A stretch of DNA of 64,000 nucleotides from Macrostomum lignano. Its lineage: Eukaryota. The notes below the pieces were generated by a model. It had not been told where the DNA came from. It was given only the letters and a program-made list of their open reading frames with translations, and did not search any database. Made by a program: the position numbers and the translations under genes. Positions 54,377-64,000 of this stretch are shown in pieces; the stretch's first letter is position 1, and the number at the start of each line of letters is the position of its first letter. Where the stretch lies: assembly GCA_002269645.1 (NCBI GenBank), contig NIVC01001147.1, forward strand, positions 138,129-202,128, in the 5' to 3' direction.

Positions 54377-55458
54377 ATGTTGCAATGTTATTATGTTGCC
54401 CACGCTAACATAAGCAGTCGGGGCAACAAGGCCGACCTTGTCAGCGCCCTGCTCGCAGCCCCAGACCAGTCGTGGACAGATTCGCTGTTGCAGAACATGG
54501 AGCAATCTGAGCAAGAAGCCGAAGCAGACGACAACATCAGTACGGAGGCGGCTCGGGAGTCGGCGGCGGGCCTGGACGAGGACATCGCGAAGGCGGAGAA
54601 GGAGATCAGACTGTTGCAGCTACGCAAGGAAGCCGCTCAACTCAAGAGGGAGATCGGAGATCTGCAGCGCGAGTGTCCATCCACGCGTCCTATGAATCGC
54701 GGTGAGTGTGCCAAGCCTGCTGGCCCCAGTTACTTTCCTGATGGGTGTGATGATGCTGGATTAGACCAAGAAGATAATGGCAATGAGCTGCTTGACAGAT
54801 TGTTGTCACAGAACAGGGCCAATGAACGGATGGAGTCTTCTGGTAGACGTAAGGCTCTCCTGGTTCGTGATTTCCTCGACGGCTTTGAGCAGGAAGAGGT
54901 GCTGGCTAATGGTTCTGGTGGCCGAATCACTTACAAGAGCAGAAAACCTAATCCAGATAGCATCACGGCAGCGCAGTATTTGGTAGGCAATTGCAGGCTG
55001 ATGATGCAGATGATCAAGGATGGTGCCCTGGTGACTAGTAGAAATGGAACTGCCGACACGACTGATTTGATGAATTACTTACGCTACTCAATACAGATTG
55101 GCGAGCTGTTTGACGGGGCTTCGGCCTGGCGCAGGTGAATCGTTTTGACGAGGACTACCGCACTAGGCAAGCTGAAACTGGCATGCGATGGGGCAAGGAG
55201 TCTTTCCAACTCGTTGCTAAGCACTTAATCAGAACTGGAACTCCAGCAAACCATGGAGTCAGCAAGTCATTGCCCCAGCCACGGCAGCAGCGTTTTCAAA
55301 AACCAATAGACCCCAAGAGCCTCAGAACGCCAGACGGGGAAGAGATCTGCTTGCACTTTAATCGCCGGGGGTGCTTCCGGTCGAGCTGCAAATTCCGGCA
55401 CGTCTGCCGCATCTGTTTCGAGGCCCACCCTGAGGCCAACCATTCGACAAAAAACTGA
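54377..55458 (+). CDS. gag-like ORF1 (coiled coil, C-terminal CCCH-type zinc finger), split by a 1-nt frameshift near 55128
   Basis: 54377-55138 continues in another frame at 55135-55458; CLHFNRRGCFRSSCKFRH (C-x7-C-x4-C-x3-H) is followed by CRICFEAH. Confidence 0.8.
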
Positions 55459-55466
55459 AGTCTGCG

Positions 55467-57278
55467 ATGCTCTGTTTTAATCCTAAAATTTTGCCTAATG
55501 CTCAGCCTGCTTTAAATTTTAACAATCCTGTCGTTGGCAGTGCAGGGGGTCGCCTGCGTTTTTGTTCGTGGGATTCTGAGCTTGAGAATGACCCTGATCG
55601 GAATTTTATCCTAGACGGCATCGCAAATGGTTTTCGCATTACTGATGGCAAAGGGCTTTGTGAGACTTTTAATGCCAATTACATGTCTACTTCTACTTTT
55701 CATCGCGCTGTTGAGCTGCAAATTAAGGAAGAGATTGAGAATGGCAGGTATTTGATTGTGCCTAAGAAGCCTACGATGGTCAGCCCTCTGGGAGCAATTC
55801 CCAAGGATAACGGGAAGGCTCGACTTATTCATGACTGCAGCACGCCTCCGGGCTACTCGGTAAATGACAACTATACGAAGAAGCTGAGCCCCAGGTTTGA
55901 GTCCGTCAAGAAGGTTGCAGCCTCTATCGGCAAGGGCTGGTTCATGGCAAAGCTTGACTTGTCGCAAGCTTACAGAAGCGTGGCGATCCATCCGGATGAT
56001 TACCAGGCGACCGGCATTGGTTGGCGTTTTAAAGGCAACCGTGATCTGACATGGCTTGTCGACACCCGGCTACCCTTTGGTAGCTGCGCCTCGGTCGAGA
56101 TTTTCTACCGGCTTACTCAAGCGGTCAAGAGGATGATGGTGCGACGCGGCGTGGCCAATATTTCGGTTTACCTGGATGATTTTCTGGTTGCAGCCGAGAG
56201 CGAGAAAGAGTGTATGGATGCTCTGAAAGAGCTGATTAAGCTGGTTCGCCAGTTAGGTTTTGGTGTCAATTGGAATAAAGTGGTTGAACCTACGCAATGC
56301 TTGGTGTATCTCGGTGTGAAGATTGATACTGTCCGTGGAGTTCTTAGTGTGCCGGCGGAAAAGTGTGAGGAAATGCGCACCACACTGCTTAACTTTTCGC
56401 AGCGCAGGCGTCTCTCGAAACGACAGCTTTCGTCGCTTTGTGGCAAGCTCAGCTGGGTCGTCCAGGTGGTGCACGCTGGGAGTTGCTTCCTAAGACCCCT
56501 GTTCGACCTGCTTAATGCCCTGGAAAAGCCACATCACAAAGTGCGTGTGTCCGCTGACACTGTGCGTATTTTACTCTGGTGGCGAGGTGCCCTTCTGAAG
56601 CTGCCTGATTTTCAGCTTTGGAGAAGTTGCACAAACGGCTGGATCATCGAAACCGATGCGAGCAGTGCTGGTGGCGGAGCCATTTTGCGCAATGGTAGCG
56701 GTATGGTGGATTGGCTGTACGTCAATTGGGATCTGGATGCTGGAGGAAAGTTTAAAGACAAGCATATCACGTACAAAGAAGCTATTGTTCCGCTGCTGGC
56801 TATGGTTCGCTGGGGTGCCTTTTTAAATGACAGTTCGGTCGTGGTCTACTCCGACTCTAGTGCGGCTGTTGGCATGATTAACAGAGGTTGCTGTCGGCAG
56901 CCTGAGTTGCAGCCGCTGTTCCAGACTGCCATGCTCATTGCTGTTAGGCGTGGGGTTGAGGTGCGCGCTTTTCATGTGCCTGGCTGGTACCATGTCTTTG
57001 CGGACCCGTGCTCTAGGCTGCACGCCGTGGACAAAATGCGCGATTTTTTATTTCGGGTGTATGGCTCTGTTGACTGCTGTTTTAACGAGATCGCTAGCCA
57101 TGCTTTCTGCCCTGCTGCCTCCGTTTTTCTCATTTTACAGGCCCTCCGCGCCAGACTCCCGACCGCCTCAGCAAGCGTTGCGCATTTATCCTGGGCAATG
57201 CCTACGCGCCCCGCACGAAGCGGAGTTACCGGTCGCAGCTCGCGTCTTGGCTGCGATTTTGCAATTCCCGGCACCTGA
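55467..57278 (+). CDS. Reverse transcriptase / RNase H (DIRS-type), 603 aa, uninterrupted
   Basis: SPLGAIPK..RLIHDCS, KLDLSQAY, LPFG, YLDDFL; RNase H motifs TDASS, KEAI, YSDS, ADPCSR. Confidence 0.95.
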   Translation: MLCFNPKILPNAQPALNFNNPVVGSAGGRLRFCSWDSELENDPDRNFILDGIANGFRITDGKGLCETFNANYMSTSTFHRAVELQIKEEIENGRYLIVPKKPTMVSPLGAIPKDNGKARLIHDCSTPPGYSVNDNYTKKLSPRFESVKKVAASIGKGWFMAKLDLSQAYRSVAIHPDDYQATGIGWRFKGNRDLTWLVDTRLPFGSCASVEIFYRLTQAVKRMMVRRGVANISVYLDDFLVAAESEKECMDALKELIKLVRQLGFGVNWNKVVEPTQCLVYLGVKIDTVRGVLSVPAEKCEEMRTTLLNFSQRRRLSKRQLSSLCGKLSWVVQVVHAGSCFLRPLFDLLNALEKPHHKVRVSADTVRILLWWRGALLKLPDFQLWRSCTNGWIIETDASSAGGGAILRNGSGMVDWLYVNWDLDAGGKFKDKHITYKEAIVPLLAMVRWGAFLNDSSVVVYSDSSAAVGMINRGCCRQPELQPLFQTAMLIAVRRGVEVRAFHVPGWYHVFADPCSRLHAVDKMRDFLFRVYGSVDCCFNEIASHAFCPAASVFLILQALRARLPTASASVAHLSWAMPTRPARSGVTGRSSRLGCDFAIPGT

Positions 57279-58141
57279 CGCCGCTGCGGGCAGAGCCTGT
57301 GCACGTGGCTGAATACCTGGCTGAGCTGTCCACCCGGCTGTCAGCCTTTCGGAGTTGCCAGGCGTATGCTAACGCGGTCTCGCTGTACTTCAGAGCTCTC
57401 GGCCGGCCGGACCCGTGCGAGTCGCCGATGGTTAAGCTGGTGCTTCGTGGTCTTCGCCGGTGTCTCAGTCGGCAGCAGCGCTCAAGGGAGCCATTCAGAG
57501 TCGCGGATCTCCTCAAGCTACACGCCCACCTGGACCAACGTCTGAAGAGTGACATCGCGTTCTGGGCAGCAGTTCTGGCAGCCTGGTGGGGTATGCTGCG
57601 AAAAGCGAATGTGACGACGCAATCGGGGCAGCTCGATCTGTGGTGCGACCTGGCAGCATCGAGCATCGTCTTTTCAGAGTACGACTGTGAGCTCACTGTG
57701 CGGCATTCGAAGACCAACCAGTTTGGCGATCGAGTTCAGCGAGTGTTTCTTCCGAAACTGCCTGATGGAAGCTTGTGTGTCCTGTGTCCGTTCCGTGCGC
57801 TCGAGCGGCAGCTACGGACAAACCGAATCGGCCAGGCGCCGCGTCCGGTTCACCTGTTCTCCACGTGGTCGTCCGCGGGATGGTTGCCTCTGACGGCTAG
57901 CAGGTTTGATAGCCGGCTTCGTTCGCTCTGCACATCGGCGGGTTTGTCGCCACGCGAGTTCACTGGCCACGGGCTGCGGCGGGGCGGCGCTACGGCAGCC
58001 ATGCAGCTCGGTGTTCCACTGCCGATGATCAAGAAGCTGGGCGACTGGAAGGGCAACTCAGTGTTTCGCTATCTATCTGTTCGGGACTCGGATGCCAGGG
58101 CGGCTGTGCATGGCTTGGCTCGTCGGGTTGGCGCGCTCTAA
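57141..58141 (+). CDS. Tyrosine recombinase (frame open from 57098; overlaps the RT ORF end)
   Basis: N-terminal AYAPRTKRSYRSQL..WLRFC; catalytic motifs LRKAN (R), HSKTNQ (K), GHGLRRGGAT (HxxR), LGDWKG (W), VFRYL (Y); first ATG only at 57428. Confidence 0.93.
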
Positions 58142-58185
58142 CTCTCTCTCTCTCTCTCTCTATGTCGAACTTTCTGGTTTGGGTT

Positions 58186-58565
58186 GGGCCAGGCTCGAAC
58201 CTGCGCCTCTCGTGCCAACTGCCTTGACTTCGTCTCACTGGTTTAATGGTCCGACCGGGCGTAGCTTGGTTGGGTGTTAAACCAGTGGGGCGTGGCTCTT
58301 GTGCGTTGGTGCGGGGGGTGGTGGGCCGGGCCTTGGTCACGTGCCCGCGGCCTGGGTGGCGGTTTTTTAATGCGGTGCGGGCTGTCGCTGACCCGCCAAG
58401 CGCGTATTGATTTTTTTTCTCGCTTTTAAGTCTCCAAGGTTTTTATTTGGCTTTTAGTCCGGTAAATTAAAGTTAATAAATACGCTCGAATACTCGTACA
58501 ATAGGGCCAGGCTCGAACCTGCGCCTCTCGTGCCAACTGCCTTGACTTCGTCTCACTGGTTTAAT
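58186..58565 (+). repeat. 3' split direct repeats B1-A2-(88-bp spacer)-B2
   Basis: B1 (58186-58247) and B2 (58504-58565) are identical over 62 bp; AATAAA at 58475 lies in the spacer. Confidence 0.95.
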
Positions 58566-61500
58566 AAAGAAACTGACTGCGTGCAAAATACAAGTGTACG
58601 GAAGCAGAATAACACGCCGTGAGCGTATTTTCGAACGCCTGTGCATGCGCGAGACTGCTTGGTGTAGTTATTAGAAGGCAACTGCGCCTCTAGCTTCAAC
58701 CGTGTCTATTTGTCTAAAGAAACTGACTGCGTGCAAAATACAAGTGTACGGAAGCAGAATAACACGTATTGAGCGTATTTTCGAACGCCTGTGCATGCGC
58801 GAGACTGCTTGGTGTAGTTATTAGAAGGCAACTGCGCCTCTAGCTTCAACCGTGTCTATTTGTCTTAAGACACTCACTGCGAGCAAAATACAAGTGTACG
58901 GAAGCAGAATAACACGCCGTGAGCGTATTTTCGAACGCCTGTGCATGCGCGAGACTGCTTGGTGTAGTTATTAGAAGGCAACTGCGCCTCTAGCTTCAAC
59001 CGTGTCTATTTGTCTAAAGAAACTGACTGCGTGCAAAATACAAGTGTACGGAAGCAGAATAACACGCCGTGAGCGTATTTTCGAACGCCTGTGCATGCGC
59101 GAGACTGCTTGGTGTAGTTATTAGAAGGCAACTGCGCCTCTAGCTTCAACCGTGTCTATTTGTCTAAAGAAACTGACTGCGTGCAAAATACAAGTGTACG
59201 GAAGCAGAATAACACGCCGTGAGCGTATTTTCGAACGCCTGTGCATGCGCGAGACTGCTTGGTGTAGTTATTAGAAGGCAACTGCGCCTCTAGCTTCAAC
59301 CGTGTCTATTTGTCTAAAGAAACTGACTGCGTGCAAAATACAAGTGTACGGAAGCAGAATAACACGCCGTGAGCGTATTTTCGAACGCCTGTGCATGCGC
59401 GAGACTGCTTGGTGTAGTTATTAGAAGGCAACTGCGCCTCTAGCTTCAACCGTGTCTATTTGTCTAAAGAAACTGACTGCGTGCAAAATACAAGTGTACG
59501 GAAGCAGAATAACACGTATTGAGCGTATTTTCGAACGCCTGTGCATGCGCGAGACTGCTTGGTGTAGTTATTAGAAGGCAACTGCGCCTCTAGCTTCAAC
59601 CGTGTCTATTTGTCTAAAGAAACTGACTGCGTGCAAAATACAAGTGTACGGAAGCAGAATAACACGCCGTGAGCGTATTTTCGAACGCCTGTGCATGCGC
59701 GAGACTGCTTGGTGTAGTTATTAGAAGGCAACTGCGCCTCTAGCTTCAACCGTGTCTATTTGTCTAAAGAAACTGACTGCGTGCAAAATACAAGTGTACG
59801 GAAGCAGAATAACACGCCGTGAGCGTATTTTCGAACGCCTGTGCATGCGCGAGACTGCTTGGTGTAGTTATTAGAAGGCAACTGCGCCTCTAGCTTCAAC
59901 CGTGTCTATTTGTCTAAAGAAACTGACTGCGTGCAAAATACAAGTGTACGGAAGCAGAATAACACGCCGTGAGCGTATTTTCGAACGCCTGTGCATGCGC
60001 GAGACTGCTTGGTGTAGTTATTAGAAGGCAACTGCGCCTCTAGCTTCAACCGTGTCTATTTGTCTGAAGACACTCACTGCGAGCAAAATACAAGTGTACG
60101 GAAGCAGAATAACACGCCGTGAGCGTATTTTCGAACGCCTGTGCATGCGCGAGACTGCTTGGTGTAGTTATTAGAAGGCAACTGCGCCTCTAGCTTCAAC
60201 CGTGTCTATTTGTCTAAAGAAACTGACTGCGTGCAAAATACAAGTGTACGGAAGCAGAATAACACGCCGTGAGCGTATTTTCGAACGCCTGTGCATGCGC
60301 GAGACTGCTTGGTGTAGTTATTAGAAGGCAACTGCGCCTCTAGCTTCAACCGTGTCTATTTGTCTAAGACACTCACTGCGAGCAAAATACAAGTTACGGA
60401 AGCAGAATAACACGCCGTGAGCGTATTTTCGAACGCCTGTGCATGCGCGAGACTGCTTGGTGTAGTTATTAGAAGGCAACTGCGCCTCTAGCTTCAACCG
60501 TGTCTATTTGTCTAAAGAAACTGACTGCGTGCAAAATACAAGTGTACGGAAGCAGAATAACACGCCGTGAGCGTATTTTCGAACGCCTGTGCATGCGCGA
60601 GACTGCTTGGTGTAGTTATTAGAAGGCAACTGCGCCTCTAGCTTCAACCGTGTCTATTTGTCTAAAGAAACTGACTGCGTGCAAAATACAAGTGTACGGA
60701 AGCAGAATAACACGCCGTGAGCGTATTTTCGAACGCCTGTGCATGCGCGAGACTGCTTGGTGTAGTTATTAGAAGGCAACTGCGCCTCTAGCTTCAACCG
60801 TGTCTATTTTGTCTAAAGAAACTGACTGCGTGCAAAATACAAGTGTACGGAAGCAGAATAACACGCGTGAGCGGTGAGCGTATTTTCGAACGCCTGTGCA
60901 TGCGCGAGACTGCTTGGTGTAGTTATTAGAAGGCAACTGCGCCTCTAGCTTCAACCGTGTCTATTTGTCTAAAGAAACTGACTGCGTGCAAAATACAAGT
61001 GTACGGAAGCAGAATAACACGCCGTGAGCGTATTTTCGAACGCCTGTGCATGCGCGAGACTGCTTGGTGTAGTTATTAGAAGGCAACTGCGCCTCTAGCT
61101 TCAACCGTGTCTATTTGTCTAAAGAAACTGACTGCGTGCAAAATACAAGTGTACGGAAGCAGAATAACACGCCGTGAGCGTATTTTCGAGCGCCTGTGCA
61201 TGCGCGAGACTGCTTGGTGTAGTTATTAGAAGGCAACTGCGCCTCTAGCTTCAACCGTGTCTATTTGTCTAAAGAAACTGACTGCGTGCAAAATACAAGT
61301 GTACGGAAGCAGAATAACACGCCGTGAGCGTATTTTCGAACGCCTGTGCATGCGCGAGACTGCTTGGTGTAGTTATTAGAAGGCAACTGCGCCTCTAGCT
61401 TCAACCGTGTCTATTTGTCTTAAACACTCACTGCGAGCAAAATACAAGTGTACGGAAGCAGAATAACACGCCGTGAGCGTATTTTCGAACGCCTGTGCAT

Positions 61501-64000
61501 GCGCGAGACTGCTTGGTGTAGTTATTAGAAGGCAACTGCGCCTCTAGCTTCAACCGTGTCTATTTGTCTAAAGAAACTGACTGCGTGCAAAATACAAGTG
61601 TACGGAAGCAGAATAACACGCCGTGAGCGTATTTTCGAACGCCTGTGCATGCGCGAGACTGCTTGGTGTAGTTATTAGAAGGCAACTGCGCCTCTAGCTT
61701 CAACCGTGTCTATTTGTCTTAAAGACACTGACTGCGAGCAAAATACAAGTGTACGGAAGCAGAATAACACGCCGTGAGCGTATTTTCGAACGCCTGTGCA
61801 TGCGCGAGACTGCTTGGTGTAGTTATTAGAAGGCAACTGCGCCTCTAGCTTCAACCGTGTCTATTTGTCTAAAGAAACTGACTGCGTGCAAAATACAAGT
61901 GTACGGAAGCAGAATAACACGCCGTGAGCGTATTTTCGAACGCCTGTGCATGCGCGAGACTGCTTGTGTAGTTATTAGAAGGCAACTGCGCCTCTAGCTT
62001 CAACCGTGTCTATTTGTCTAAAGAAACTGACTGCGTGCAAAATACAAGTGTACGGAAGCAGAATAACACGCCGTGAGCGTATTTTCGAACGCCTGTGCAT
62101 GCGCGAGACTGCTTGGTGTAGTTATTAGAAGGCAACTGCGCCTCTAGCTTCAACCGTGTCTATTTGTCTAAAGAAACTGACTGCGTGCAAAATACAAGTG
62201 TACGGAAGCAGAATAACACGCCGTGAGCGTATTTTCGAACGCCTGTGCATGCGCGAGACTGCTTGGTGTAGTTATTAGAAGGCAACTGCGCCTCTAGCTT
62301 CAACCGTGTCTATTTGTCTAAAGAAACTGACTGCGTGCAAAATACAAGTGTACGGAAGCAGAATAACACGCCGTGAGCGTATTTTCGAACGCCTGTGCAT
62401 GCGCGAGACTGCTTGGTGTAGTTATTAGAAGGCAACTGGCCTCTAGCTTCAACCGTGTCTATTTGTCTAAAGACACTCACTGCGAGCAAAATACAAGTGT
62501 ACGGAAGCAGAATAACACGCCGTGAGCGTATTTTCGAACGCCTGTGCATGCGCGAGACTGCTTGGTGTAGTTATTAGAAGGCAACTGCGCCTCTAGCTTC
62601 AACCGTGTCTATTTGTCTAAAGAAACTGACTGCGTGCAAAATACAAGTGTACGGAAGCAGAATAACACGCCGTGAGCGTATTTTCGAACGCCTGTGCATG
62701 CGCGAGACTGCTTGGTGTAGTTATTAGAAGGCAACTGCGCCTCTAGCTTCAACCGTGTCTATTTGTCTGAAGACACTCACTGCGAGCAAAATACAAGTGT
62801 ACGGAAGCAGAATAACACGCCGTGAGCGTATTTTCGAACGCGTGCATGCGCGAGACTGCTTGGTGTAGTTATTAGAAGGCAACTGCGCCTCTAGCTTCAA
62901 CCGTGTCTATTTGTCTAAAGAAACTGACTGCGTGCAAAATACAAGTGTACGGAAGCAGAATAACACGCCGTGAACGTATTTTCGAACGCCTGTGCATGCG
63001 CGAGACTGCTTGGTGTAGTTATTAGAAGGCAACTGCGCCTCTAGCTTCAACCGTGTCTATTTGTCTAAAGAAACTGACTGCGTGCAAAAATACAAGTGTA
63101 CGGAAGCAGAATAACACGCCCGTGAGCGTATTTTCGAACGCCTGTGCATGCGCGAGACTGCTTGGTGTAGTTATTAGAAGGCAACTGCGCCTCTAGCTTC
63201 AACCGTGTCTATTTGTCTAAAGAAACTCACTGCGAGCAAAATACAAGTGTACGGAAGCAGAATAACACGCCGTGAGCGTATTTTCGAACGCCTGTCTGCA
63301 TCGCCGAGACTGCTTGGTGTAGTTATTAGAAGGCAACTGCGCCTCTAGCTTCAACCGTGTCTATTTGTCTAAAGAAACTGACTGCGTGCAAAATACAAGT
63401 GTACGGAAGCAGAATAACACGCCGTGAGCGTATTTTTCGAACGCCTGTGCATGCGCGAGACTGTTGTGTATTATTAGAAGCAACTGCGCCTCTAGCTTCA
63501 ACCGTGTCTATTTGTCTAAAGAAACTGACTGCGTGCAAAATACAAGTGTACGGAAGCAGAATAACACGCCGTGAGCGTATTTTCGAGCGCCTGTGCATGC
63601 GCGAGACTGCTTGGTGTAGTTATTAGAAGGCAACTGCGCCTCTAGCTTCAACCGTGTCTATTTGTCTAAAGAAACTGACTGCGTGGCAAAATACAAGTGT
63701 ACGGAAGCAGAATAACACGCCGTGAGCGTATTTTCGAACGCCTGTGCATGCGCGAGACTGCTTGGTGTAGTTATTAGAAGGCAACTGCGCCTCTAGCTTC
63801 AACCGTGTCTATTTGTCTAAAGAAACTCACTGCGTGCAAAATACAAGTGTACGGAAGCAGAATAACACGCCGTGAGCGTATTTTCGAACGCTGTGCATGC
63901 GCGAGACTGCTTGTGTAGTTATTAGAAGGCAACTGCGCCTCTAGCTTCAACCGTGTCTATTTGTCTAAAGAAACTGACTGCGTGCAAAATACAAGTGTAC
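58566..64000. repeat. 150-bp satellite DNA, right array (~36 monomers, runs off the window)
   Basis: Same monomer as the left array, with scattered variant monomers and small indels. Confidence 0.99.

Larger units (their letters stand above)
54202..58565 (+). mobile_element. Ngaro-type tyrosine-recombinase (DIRS-order) retrotransposon, 4364 bp, inserted in the satellite
   Basis: gag-RT/RH-YR ORFs with no methyltransferase; split direct repeats A1 54202-54368, B1 58186-58247, A2 58248-58415, B2 58504-58565; satellite resumes in register (tttgtc-t-aaagaaac) with no TSD. Confidence 0.93.

Noticed and set aside
55135-57140. Alternative donor CAG|GTGAAT (55135) for a gag-YR splice
   Set aside because: It is phase 2 (or phase 0 if the frameshift is corrected), incompatible with the phase-1 YR acceptor.
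47863-64000. 150-bp unit as a tandem RNA gene (5S, SL, snRNA) or a CENP-B-box satellite
   Set aside because: I recognise no 5S/SL/U-snRNA similarity or Pol III boxes, and no TTCG-N4-A-N2-CGGG match.

Overview
Eukaryotic (metazoan) genomic DNA, not prokaryotic. GC-rich, low-complexity-rich exons, minisatellite-filled introns and a 150-bp satellite suggest the flatworm Macrostomum (inference, from my recollection of its genome features). Bases 1-46.4 kb hold seven intron-containing genes whose exons I joined by splice-site and phase logic: the 3' part of RIM/unc-10 (+), TPGS2 (-), SSR4/TRAP-delta (+), PDCD6/ALG-2 (+), an Alx-class homeobox gene (+), RAE1 (+) and a divergent, probably tandem-C2 protein (-). 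Almost every larger intron carries its own minisatellite. There are also tRNA-derived SINEs, a hAT-like foldback MITE, a Merlin transposase remnant and a 1.2-kb (TTAG)n tract. After a 381-N gap the rest of the window is a near-homogeneous 150-bp CpG-rich satellite. It is interrupted at 54202-58565 by a structurally complete, young-looking Ngaro-type tyrosine-recombinase retrotransposon (gag, RT/RNase H, YR; split direct repeats A1-ORFs-B1-A2-B2; no target-site duplication). Its recombinase ORF lacks an upstream ATG but can be joined in frame to the gag N-terminus by a predicted GT-AG intron (54702-57140).
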